From positions 1-39,222 of the forward strand of contig NW_021835697.1 in the NCBI RefSeq assembly GCF_006345805.1: DNA of 39,222 nt, given 5' to 3'. The DNA comes from Octopus sinensis. Taxonomy: Eukaryota. The stretch's first letter is position 1, and each line of letters begins with the position of its first letter. Both the position numbers and the translations under genes were made by a program. Below, piece by piece: positions 24,591-36,034 of this stretch. The notes below the pieces were generated by a model. The model was not told the origin of the DNA. It did no database searches and saw nothing but the letters and a program-made list of their open reading frames with translations.

Positions 24591-25793
24591 GCCAGGGTTG
24601 GCTGAAAAATGCGTTTTAGTTTTAAGGTAGGTGGATACGATTTGTTAAACTCGTTTCACCGAAAACTAAATCTATTAGAAAGTCTAATTTAGTCAAAAAC
24701 TAAAAATATCAAAATGTGTTAATTTTCAATAAAGCAGTAATGCAGAAACGAACAAATGATTAAGACCGACTATTAGGTTAAAAAGAAAAACACACAAACA
24801 CACATTAAAAGAAAGTGATTATAAAACAAATATAGTATTAGTTTTATTAGTTGTCTTTTTTGTTTTTGTTAGCATTAGTTGTTTGTTGTTATGACTGGTC
24901 TTGTAATTATCGATGTATTGCTCAGGTGGAGATTTGAAAATGGCGACGGTATGCAAATGGTGCCACTAAATCTATAATATGTCATTTAGAAAGTCTTCAA
25001 GCTCAAGCTAAATTTAACATTTATATGTTCTTTTAACGGCAAAACTTATTTAATCTAACCTGAAGTTTTGCTATCATGAGTCGCAGCTAAACAAGCTGAT
25101 ATGGCGTTAGCCTATCAATCAAAAGATCAATGGTTCATGTTTCATAAAAGGTTCAGAAATTGTATTTATAGTCGAAATGATTAATTTTGCTAATCTCGTA
25201 CGATTCGTCTCTGCAGTATGATTTTCAATCGGGCAGGAGCGTGGTATATATGGAAAGATGTACGTATATGTGGAATACGTCTACAGCTAAGGTTACCAAT
25301 CTATCGTATTATAATAACAACAAGAAAAACAACAACAGAACACCAACAATAACAAGTAATCAGCACTCGAAGAACTTACTCAATGTAAGTAGAAATCACT
25401 CTTAATCGTTCATCTTCTCTGTCATGAGGAATATTTAATTAACAGATGTCCTGTTTCCAACAGTAAATTTTTGTGTCAGATCTGATCGAAAAGACCTTTG
25501 TTCAGAGACATTCCAGCTATGGCCATCCCGTATATTAAAGGCTACTATATATTGTTTAATGCGTTTTCCACTCTTTTAAGAACAGTAGGGATGCGTTCTG
25601 AAGGTAAGTTTGTTGTCATTTATGTCAGATAAAGCGGCTCCGCAGACGCATATTTAATGCCTGATCCGAGACTAATCTTAATCCAAACCCATCATCATTA
25701 AAGTATTCTAGAAATGACAGTTTCATCTTTTGTACATTAACGATACTATTTTCCCTTTGCATCCTACCTTCGTTACGGTAGAAGGGTAATATA

Positions 25794-26235
25794 TATTTCT
25801 TACTACCCACAAGGGGCTAAACATAGAAGGAACAAACAAGGACAGACAAACGGATTAAGTCAATTACATTGACCCCAGTGCGTAACTGGTACTTAATTTA
25901 TCGACCCCGAAAGGATGAAAGGCAAAGTCGACCTCGGCGGAATTTGAACTCAGAACGTAACAGCAGAGGAAATACCTATTTCTTTATTGCCCACAAGGGG
26001 CTAAACATAGAGGGGACAAACAAGGATAGACAAACGGATTAAGTCGATTACATCGACCCCAGTGTGTAACTGGTACTTAATTTATCGACCCCAGTGTGTA
26101 ACTGGTACTTAATTTATCGACCCCGAAAGGATGAAAGCCAAAGTCGACCTCGGCGGAATTTGAACTTGGAACGTAACGGCAGAGGAAATACGGCTACGCA
26201 TTTCGCCCGACGTGCTAACGTTTCTGATAGCTTGC
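25794..26235 (-). mobile_element. SINE family B tandem dimer with internal 32-bp duplication
   Basis: Junction GAAATACC|TATTTCTTT at 25976/25977; ATCGACCCCAGTGTGTAACTGGTACTTAATTT x2 at 26052-26115. Confidence 0.93.
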
Positions 26236-29200
26236 AATGTCATAGCAGCTTTTAAGAAATGCAGGGACTCCCTCTTGAACCCGACAAAAATATTTCTTTA
26301 ATGCAATTTTTGCTACTCTACTGTTGAAAGAATTATTAGAAAGTCCGAAAAATATCTTGCAACATTTGTTATGATACTTTACGACCGAAATCACCTTTGC
26401 CTATCATCAATCATCCATTTTCTATCATCAGACTATATCATACCTTACAAATTTTATTTCTTTTTCTTATATAAGAAACCAATATACACAACTTAGTACT
26501 GCCGAATATACTACATAAAGGCAATCTTTATATCCACCTTAATGTGGATTCTTTGTTAAAATGTCGAAGACTGAGGCGTCCGCTCATATTGAGGCATGGT
26601 ACATAAAACCAAACACACACACACATACACACACACACACACACACGTATCACAGCAGACAGGAATCTGGAAGTCCCGACGCCCATAACACACTATTCCC
26701 GTCTACTACGATGTATGTCTGTGCTTTTAAGCATCATGCGTGTATATGAATGGATCTCTCAGTATTCGCCATCTTAATAAACCAACCACGCCTAGGTGGA
26801 TATGAATATGGTCATAACGTGGTATATTTGACAGTACTAATTTGTGAATATTGGTTTCTTATATAAGCATATGAAATAAAAATTCATTTGGGAGGATCTC
26901 TCAAAGCTGATAACGCAGTATTCGACGTCCTGACAAGACATCCACGTTCAGTTGGATATAAAGATTGCCTTTTGATACTAAAACTGTTTCTGTCACTAAT
27001 ATTTATATACCATAAACTGAAATCTTAAATTTCTATGATATATACATGTTCAAAACTCAAATATATAATGGACATTTTCGCTCGAAATATTTCTAACTGA
27101 AAGTTTTTGGTATTTTCTAAATTTTGGAAAATATAATAATGTATTAAAATTTTTAATTCATTAACTCGAAATATTGATTTTTTTTCCGGTATGTCGATGA
27201 CTTGAATGGTAAGGAAGTAGAGAAGTTAAACTCAGTATATGACGTGTTGATTTTATTCTTTTGGATGAGCAGATTAGACATATGTTCACCCTCGATATGG
27301 ATTCGATAATCCTATCGCTACATTTTCTCGCTTAGTTCTTCATCACTACCTTCTCATATCTTTTGGATTCATATTATTTCAGCATCATTTCACTCACTTT
27401 CACCTCCAATATCATTTTATTATCTCCCCTGCTTGCAGCAAAACATATTCGCCAACGAAACAAACCACATCGTGGTTGCGATACCCGCCACATATCGTAA
27501 CTAAATCCTCTCTCTCTAGTCAAAATAGAAATAGAAAGATATGCCGGATAATGTGATTATTAATAAACTGTTTCAATAAAAGATGTGATAGTCACGGATG
27601 AAATTCCTGTGATGGAAGGCCTTTTCCATCTGCGCTGATATGAAACTAAAACACGTCGATATCTTAATAACACAAATACATTTCAATTTAACACTTAGTG
27701 TCATGGCTTCCATTTTCTTTAACCCGTAACTTCCGTTCAATCATACTTCAACTTATTCTCAGATGCCAGGTTTACCAGTTCGGAGTGTCGCTATATCTCC
27801 TCAGGAGATGCCTTCCCACGGTGTTGTCTGTTCGTCATAAATACAATCTTAACGCAACTGAAAGGAAACAGGCAATAACAAAGCAGAACCCATTCAAGTG
27901 GCTTCTCAGGTAAAACTGAATGCTTTATAACTCCTGTTAGTCTTTCATTCGACAGCATATTAGGGAAATAATCGAACCAAACAAAAGACCAGCAAATGAA
28001 TAAATATTACACTCTCAAATCTAGAAATTTGTAATCGAACCAACACAATCAAAGAATTAGAAATAATAGATTACACAAATCTCATCCATAGCTGCAGGTT
28101 TATAACTGAACATACCTTTCTCGTATCTATACGACAATAAACTTCAACCACGTATATCAATATAAATTGAACACGTCTCACCCAATAATCGAAGAACCGA
28201 ACAAACCTTATACAAATATTGATCAACAATTGAATTAATCACATAACTTTTTGCAATAATTGAACAAATCTCTCTCATAAACACGCATACACAAGCACAC
28301 ATACAATTACACACGCGCACACAGACAGTCACCGATATAACAAACAATAAAGCAAACACGGAAATCAACAATAGACTTATACTTCGCTTCAATCTTTAAC
28401 TCCTTTCACATATCCTGATCACAGGGTGAACAAAATTTCACATAAAACAGGAGTCTTTTGCAACTGAACGAAGCTCGCGTAAACATAGGTTAGAGCAAAT
28501 GAACGAGCCTCGATGAACCGTTATCAAACACTGAAAGTAAACGCTCTGATAAATCTAGAAACGAACAATTGTATAACTCTAGAAATAATTAGTTACGTTT
28601 GAATGCTCTTCAATTTTTTATGTTTCTCTCTTTTTTTTTTCCACAGATATGGTATCAATTCCTTGTGGAAGCCTTTATACAGTTTAAGAACCTGTTAGAA
28701 ATAACAGTCATCATCGTCATCATCATCATCATCATCATCATTATCATCATCATCATCATCATCATCATCGTCATCATCATCGTCAGCATCATCATCCTCA
28801 TCATCTCTGGTACCACCATCATTATCATCATCATCATCATCATCCTCATCATCATCGTCATCATTATCATCATCATCATCATCATCGTCATCATTATCAT
28901 CATCACGTCGATGGGAGATGAACCACCGTCAGCGACTCTACAGTTTTCCTCTCCCACATCACTCTTGCTTAGTAGGTCGCTCTTCAGTAGAATTAGTATC
29001 TCCAATCTGCTGGTCAATAAATGCCCTGACAAGTTGACTCCAAGGTTCTTTTCCATATGTTGGTTCCCACATCAGCATTTGACACATTACTTTACTTCAT
29101 CCTTCCTACGAAAGCAATTCCTAAAGAATCTCAATCACCTTTCCTTTGTGATAGAAGTTACTCTTAGGGGATTACCTTAATGAATCTAGTTTGTTGTACA

Positions 29201-29901
29201 AAAGGGCCATTCGATGTTAAATCCTGCTCTCAGAAGTCTGGTGCATGTTTCATCTAGTTTTCTTTCCGGTGTCTTAAAGTCCTTGTAGTTCATCCCTATA
29301 AAAGGACAGTTTTTATAGTTGCTTGAAAGAAGCTAATCTTAAGCTGACGGTTTAGATTTAGCTTCCAAATTGCTTCCATCTTTCACAGAGCTAACCATGA
29401 TTAAGCAATGCGAGTTTTAATGTCGTTCTCATTCGTATCAACCCACCAGCCCAGATATATCAGATCATCTGCTTCTTTTCAGTTCGGTTCCATTCATTGT
29501 TAATAGGTAGTTATGTTCTTGAACACAAACCATGCCCTTCGTCTTGTACTCGTTTGTAAATAGGCCCATCTTTGAAGAACGGGACTCAATTCACAATAAA
29601 AATAGTTTGTTCTGTAGCTTCAGATATTAACGTTACGTCATCAACAGAAACTGCAGTTGTGAGAAGCACAGTAGGATGTCTCCTGCTGCATGTTTGTTGT
29701 AGTCAAAAGCTAATGGATTCATCATTTATATTACTTCTCTTATCACATAGTCTAGTGCTATCTTGAATAGGAAGAGTGCAAAGGTCACCTTGAAGTATTC
29801 CTGCTTGAATTTCAGACGATCCAGCGTCGCCATCGAGAGACAGTGCCTTCGCATAGGTGTCATCGTAAGGAACTTCCTGGGGAATCCGTAAGCGACAGAG
29901 A

Positions 29902-29945
29902 AAATCCATTAGTTTACCGCTCCATAGCGGTAAACTAATGGATTT
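29902..29945. repeat. Perfect 20-bp inverted repeat with 4-nt loop
   Basis: AAATCCATTAGTTTACCGCT-CCAT-AGCGGTAAACTAATGGATTT. Confidence 0.95.
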
Positions 29946-30126
29946 ACCATTATCGAGCCAAAAACGTTTCGAAAGACTACGAATGTCAGTAATGTCAGAA
30001 GCCGTTTCTATTTCATTCTTTCGGTACTAGTATCCATTCTGTTACCATTCTAATTTTCCGATATCCAATTTATAAAACTTTGCCGCCACCATAGTTAATA
30101 TGATGCCTCTGAAGTTTCCTGTAGAT

Positions 30127-30332
30127 CAGCGTTTCCCAACTTATTTTCCTCCAGGCCCCATTTAAAATTTACAGAAAAATATATGGCCACCAATGGTTGA
30201 GAAAACTTGTAGGTGCAGTATGTTTTCTGTGAAAAAAATAACAGGTTTTTGTGTCCCCCTAAAGAAAAAGAAAACATTCTGGATTCGAGGCCCCACCATA
30301 ATTTTTCCAGGTCCCACCGGTGGCAATCACTA
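30127..30332. mobile_element. hAT (Charlie-like) MITE inserted in the RTE
   Basis: Degenerate TIRs CAGCGTTTCCCAAC / GGTGGCAATCACTA; 8-bp TSD CTGTA(G/C)AT at 30119-30126 and 30333-30340; RTE coding sequence is contiguous across it. Confidence 0.7.
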
Positions 30333-31291
30333 CTGTACATGCTAACTTACTTCTTTAGAAACATTAAGATCCCACCCTGTCTCCACACTGTTGCTACATC
30401 TTCATATAATCTATAGCAAATCTTCAACCGTTGTCCAGTTTTCAAAACCTTTAGCCAGAACCACATCAGATCCTGAAGCTATGTTGCTCTTAAGTGTTAG
30501 TTCTTTCATCTTAAGTACATCATTTTTTAAATCTGGACATCATCAATCACTGGGCTTGGCCAAGTAGATGCTGAGAAGTTTTCTTCTGAAAGTCCAATCT
30601 TTCCTCAGGATTTTTAGCTTTTATCTGACCAGAGTTGATCTTCTTCCTCCCTAAAACTTCATCAATTGTGGCTCATGCCAATCTAAATTTTCCAGCGCGT
30701 TCTCTAATTCCTTTATCTGCTTTCAACATATTTTTTCTGTTCCATCTCATGTATCATCAAGGGTTTTTTTTTTTTTACTACTTTGAACTTGCTTAAATTC
30801 TGTTTGATATTGAGTCGATATTAATTTCATTAAGATTTTCTCTTTGTTTGGCTGTTTCTGCTTTTCCACGGAACTAGATTTTGATTTTAGTGTGATGTTA
30901 GACTCAGCTGCAGCCTTATAGACTTCCATGATGTTGTTCTACATTGTCTGCATTATCATTGAATCTGTTGTTTACCTCAAATGCGTATTTAGTCTTCACT
31001 TCATTATCTTCCATCAGCTTAGACATATCATTTGCTGGTTTCTGTTTTCTTTATTTTTTGCCGTAGCTATTCGATGGTCTGATCCAGTGATATTAAAAGT
31101 ATTGTACACCTCACAATTCAGAGCACTATTTTCGTCTACTTCTTGTTTATCAGGATGTGATCCAGTTGAATTGACAGTTAGGTCAGTCTTGTGGGCCGCG
31201 GATAGGATCTAACCCAGTACAATCTATCAAATGGTCGGGTCGTCGACGTCAAATCCGGCAACCTATCCAATAGTTTGTACATAAGTATATA

Positions 31292-31524
31292 CCTGTTTCT
31301 TTATTACCACCAAGGGGCTAAACATAGAGGGGACAAACAAGGACAGACAAAGGAATTAAGTCGATTACATCAAACCCAGTGCGTAACTGGTACTTAATTT
31401 ATCGACCTCGAAAGGATGAAAGCCAAAGTCGACCTCGGCGGAATTTGAACTCAGAACGTAACGGCAGACGAAATACGGCTACGCATTTCGCCCGGCGAGC
31501 TAACGTTTCTGCCAGTTCGCCGCC
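31292..31524 (-). mobile_element. SINE family B, full length
   Basis: Full head, core and tail; 18-bp TSD TTTGTACATA(A/T)GTATATA at 31274-31291 and 31525-31542. Confidence 0.95.
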
Positions 31525-32149
31525 TTTGTACATATGTATATATTATGGGCGTGTGCGCTGGGCGAGTATATGAAAATATAGGAAATGCTTAGTTTTAAAA
31601 CTTTTTAAAAAGTATATGCGTCTTCTTGTTATTCAGAGAGCTATGTTAGTGAGAGAGCAATTGGCTGGTAACTCTAATCACGTCAGATAGCATAAAGTGT
31701 GAGTGAATGACTAAATCTGAATTAAATAATTCTTAATCACATAGAGAAATAAACCTCAATGGAAAAAGTCACAACTTCGGAATGGAAGAAAGTGTTTTGG
31801 TGGTTGTGCATATATCGCCAGACTGATATTATGGATTACTACACAGTAACGTTTGACGGCTGAACTAGAAACTGTCGAAGGTAAGGAAATAGTATTTATT
31901 AAACAGACACCTCTGCCAGTATGTATGTGTTGCGGCAGCTGATTGAGTCCCTTCATGCAACTGAAAAACACCCTGAATAATGCCTTGATAACCTAGAATA
32001 CTTCATCTCCCATTACGCAGTTAAACGAGAAGAAACTCAGGTTGGAAATAGAAAGTACGCTTCAGATTTACAATTTTTAAAAGTGCCGAAATTAAAAAAG
32101 ATTGTCGTTATATCAACGTTCAATGCTAAGACATAACAAAATATCGTAA

Positions 32150-32500
32150 GAGCTATTAAATCATAGCCATATCAGGGGAAATTGGAATCGATGTCATTTG
32201 TACCTATGAACGCGTGTTATGTCATGATGTGTTATGTCAAGATGCACGGTATCAGTTTTACCCTGGATCGGCAACAAAGAGTGCTCAAAATTCAACAGTT
32301 TGTGGAGTTGGTAATTTAATCTGACCCAAAGCCTGCAAATCAATATAGACCCTGTCAATCCTCTAATTATCATCACAACCTTCAATGGAAATCGTGTTAC
32401 CACCATTATTTGCTGCTGTGGCCCAATAAACGTATCAGAAGCTGAAAAGTTCTATAGTGAACTCGCCAATAACATCAAGCAAGTCCCAAAAGCAAGTCCC
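32150..32500 (+). mobile_element. RTE LINE apurinic endonuclease N-terminal remnant
   Basis: Translation: IGIDVIC..GSATKSAQNSTVCGVG..IIITTFNGNRVTTIICC..FYSEL..IKQVPK; a possible 5' UTR extends upstream to about 31750. Confidence 0.75.
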
Positions 32501-32513
32501 AGGTTACTATATA

Positions 32514-32744
32514 TATTTCTTTACTACCCACAAGGGGTTAAACACAGAGGGGACAAACAAGGACAGACAAACGGATTAAGACGATTAGATCGACCCCAGT
32601 GCGTAACTGGTTCTTAATTTATCGACCCCGAAAGGATGAAAGGCTAAGTCGACCTCGGCGGAATTTGAACACAGAACGTAACGGCAGACGAAATACGGCT
32701 ACGCATTTCGCCCGGCGTGCTAACGTTTCTGCCAGCTCGCCGCC
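32514..32744 (-). mobile_element. SINE family B, full length
   Basis: Full head, core and tail; 12-bp TSD CAG(G/A)TTACTATA at 32500-32511 and 32745-32756. Confidence 0.95.
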
Positions 32745-34169
32745 CAGATTACTATAGCAGCTGGTGACATGAAGGCATAAGTTGACAGAGATGACTGAGT
32801 AGGCACACTTTATCACTAGAAAATTATCAGAAAGCACCAACTTTTTCTGGATGTTATGAGTGTGACAAGATCAGTCTTACTACTAAGTGCACTAAGATAT
32901 CTGGTGAGCTATGGTCGTTCATCTATAACAGTCAGATCTCCCTCAAGTCAAACCTCAGCTTTTTAAAGGAAAGGAAGGAAATATTAACCAACGTATCACT
33001 AAACATATAACATGAAATAAACATATTTTAGCTGAAATATTTTAGCTCATAGTTTGGTTTATCAATTTTGACATCTGGGTTGAATAACAACTAGAATAAC
33101 AGCTAGAAATATGACAGGAAAAGGAGGGGAAGTATGTACTCTGAGTAATCTGATGACTGTGTTATCGACAATAGTTGATATAAGACTTTCTACACGCGTT
33201 CGATAAGTTCCATTACAGAGAAGAATATTACCTGCAATCACAGTAAAAACACTACGTTCCTCTTGCCTTCTTTTTTTCTTTTTCTTTCTTCACCCCCCCC
33301 TCTCTCTCTCTCTCTCTCTCTATCCCTCTTCCCTACACTCAGATAAAGGGGAAAGGCCCGAAACGGTAGATTTTTTTTTCTCTCTTCATAACAAATGAAC
33401 TAACCGCCCTCTCCTGTGAACTCTCCCACTGGAGAGGTAGTATGAATATTCATAAAATCTCACACTACTGTGGTAACGAAAAACTGCATTATTTGGTTGT
33501 GTTGTGAACCATCATGAATTCATAATGGTTTTTCAGACAAAGAAAGATTTTTTTTTAAAGTATTGATTCTGCATTTGCTAAACGATCAAGTTCAATGTAA
33601 AGCTATTTTTCTAATTTTTTAAATTTGTTTTGTTTTTTACTAGTTTATTTTTTTCGTGATTTTTTTTATATTACTTGTCATTTTTATATCGTCACACTCT
33701 TACTAATCCTCTCCTTTTGCTTTCTCTGTATCAATGTGTCTATATGCTTGGTCTGTCCGTCTAGGCATGTGTCTGTGTCTTTACATTTCCTTCCTCAGTG
33801 TTTCACTCTTCCCACTTCTCTCACACATTTTCTCTCTCTTTCTTTCTTCTCTCACTTTTATTTTATTTAATAAAGCCATTAAAAATATAACGTTTTATGT
33901 ATACTGTACCACAAAATATAACTTTTTTAGCCATCATTGTATGAAAAAAAATAGTGAAGACGTTGTGCTAATGCACAATATATTCGGGAACAGTAAAATA
34001 GAGAACAGCAAAACTAGTTTCAAATCTGTGTTGAGATTTCATCAACAACTAAGAGCTTTCGTGAAATACATAGAGGTACTACTTATTAAGTCACGATTAT
34101 TAAAGACCTCAGCAAACACACAAATTCAGTAAATGCACACAAATTCGAGAAGCGCTCCATATTTTTGTA

Positions 34170-34288
34170 GCTTACAGCCATATCACGTTGAAAGCACCGG
34201 TTCTCGTCCGATCACCGAAGTTAAGCAACGTCAAGCCTAGATAGTACTCAGATGGGTAACCGCTTGGGAAACCTAGGTGCTGTAAACG
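34170..34288 (+). rRNA. 5S rRNA gene copy (solitary orphon or pseudogene)
   Basis: 119 nt, GCTTACAGCCATATCACGTTGAAAGCACCGGTTCTCGTCCGATCACCGAAGTTAAGC..GGTGCTGTAAAC; helices I (one mismatch), II (ACGTTG/CAACGT), III and V (CCTAG/CTAGG) pair; only TTT follows downstream. Confidence 0.9.
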
Positions 34289-34304
34289 ACTTTCTGTCCT
34301 TGTA

Positions 34305-34616
34305 GGCACAGGAGTGCCTGTGTGGTAAGTAGCTTGCTTCCCAACCACATGATTCTGGGTTCAGTTCCACTGTGTGGCACCTTGGGCAAGTGTCTTCTAC
34401 TATAGCCTCGGGTCGACCAAGCCTTGTGACACACATACATACATCGCTTGACAACCGATGCTGGTGCGTTTACGTCCCCGTAACTTAGCAGTTCGGCTAA
34501 AGCGACCGATAGAATAAGTACTAAGCTTACAAAGAATAAGTCCTGGGGTCGATTTGCTCGACTAAAGGCGGTACTCCAGCATGGCCACAGTCAAATAACT
34601 GAAACAAGTAAAAGAG
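34305..34616 (+). mobile_element. SINE family A with internal deletion
   Basis: Colinear with 29-447 but lacks the segment from GTGGATTTGGTAGAC through the TA/TG tract. Confidence 0.92.
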
Positions 34617-35470
34617 TATATATAAGAAATTCTGGAAAAATAGCTTGATAAATATATTTCAAGTGTATCAGTAATGTAGTTTTTACTCTATTTTATTTTG
34701 GGCGGGGTTTGGTAGGGGTTGATTGGTGATATTCTATGCCATATACCTGTACCATAAAATATAACTATAGACGTTTTAGATCCAAAAACATATGTATGGT
34801 GTTATGTAAACACCGTGTCTATATACACAAATATCTTCTAGAACAGAACAAAAAAGATCAACCGGACTAGGTTCAGCCCTCCGTTGGAATTTCATGATTC
34901 ACTGATTACTCATTCAAACTACACACGGACACAACTAATAAATTCATTATTACTAAAGGCTTATGTAAACTGATTTACCAATCTGTCTACAAATACAGTG
35001 TTACCTAAAAAAAGATATCTTCGTGTATCCTGTAGACGTATATAATAGCATTGAAACAAAAACACCAGACTTATATGCGTGTGTGTATGTGTGTGTGTGT
35101 CTGTGCACGCGTGTATATAGAGACAGATAGACAGACAGATATAGATGAATATATACATGCATATACACTCACACATACACATATAAATATATATTTATAT
35201 ATACGTGCATATACCTATATACATTCTTATTAGCGACAAAAGCAGTATTATTTCAAAATATTACTCTGTATATCTTCCTTAACGTGTATATACTACAGAA
35301 ACCCGAAAGACTGCAGTGGTCACCTCGAGACAGCATCTCATATAGACGTAAAGTTCTGTATACATATGTATTTTTATATATACTTACATATACATACACA
35401 CACATACGCACACAGATAAATGTATATATATATATATATAATATATATATATATATTATATATCTATACA

Positions 35471-35654
35471 ATATGTTACATTACTCGGTAGTCAAGATAA
35501 AACTCTGAGTTTCAGATGCCGAAGTGGAAATCCACAACACCATCTCTTCGGTTATCTGGCTAATAGCAGATAACCGAAGAGATGGTGTTGTGGATTTCCA
35601 CTTCGGCATCTGAAACTCAGAGTTTTATCTTGACTACCGAGTAATGTAACATAT
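35471..35654. repeat. Perfect inverted repeat, 88-bp arms, 8-nt spacer
   Basis: 35471-35558 is the exact reverse complement of 35567-35654; spacer GCTAATAG; extends 9 bp further after a 1-nt bulge. Confidence 0.97.
35568..35630 (+). ncRNA. Hammerhead-like motif (variant core); mirror copy on the - strand at 35495-35557
   Basis: Helix I AGATAA/TTATCT; core CCGAAGA (U4C); helix II GATG/CATC; extra T; GAAA; helix III ACTC-A-GAGT; triplet GTT. Confidence 0.55.
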
Positions 35655-35719
35655 GTATAGATAAATTTCCTCTATTTACATAATATTGTGGTCTCTTTCT
35701 TTCTTTTGTTATCTTACCG

Positions 35720-35747
35720 TTTTATCAATATATTATATATATATATA

Positions 35748-35795
<48 letters not shown>

Positions 35796-35838
35796 CATAC
35801 ATTTATATATACATACATATACATATATACATACATAC

Positions 35839-35872
<34 letters not shown>

Positions 35873-35903
35873 CACATATTCATATATATAAATACATACA
35901 TAC

Positions 35904-35976
<73 letters not shown>

Positions 35977-36030
35977 ATTATATATAATATTCATATAAAT
36001 AAATACATACATACATATTATATGATATGA
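35720..36030. repeat. (TA)/(TACA) array
   Basis: Directly visible. Confidence 0.95.
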
Positions 36031-36034
36031 TATG

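Larger units (their letters stand above)
28708..31190 (-). mobile_element. Long decayed RTE LINE (APE C-terminus, RT, C-terminus) with expanded (TGA)n tail
   Basis: Minus translation: QLDHILINKK..GSDHRI; GQIKAKNPEER; NFRGI; AYGIPQE..SLDGD..AGILQGD; LRFF..LMWEPTYGK..FIDQ; tail is the (CAT)n array at 28708-28904. Confidence 0.88.

Noticed and set aside
27770-27855. Exon-like segment on the minus strand with good acceptor and donor
   Set aside because: All three frames contain stops; at best it is an unsupported UTR exon.
31930-32010. Possible HDV-like ribozyme in the putative RTE 5' UTR
   Set aside because: I could not form the P1 and P2 pairings.
33440-33530. Short palindromes TATGAATATTCATA and AACCATCATGAATTCATAATGGTT
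   Set aside because: They are short, AT-rich and imperfect, as expected by chance in this composition.
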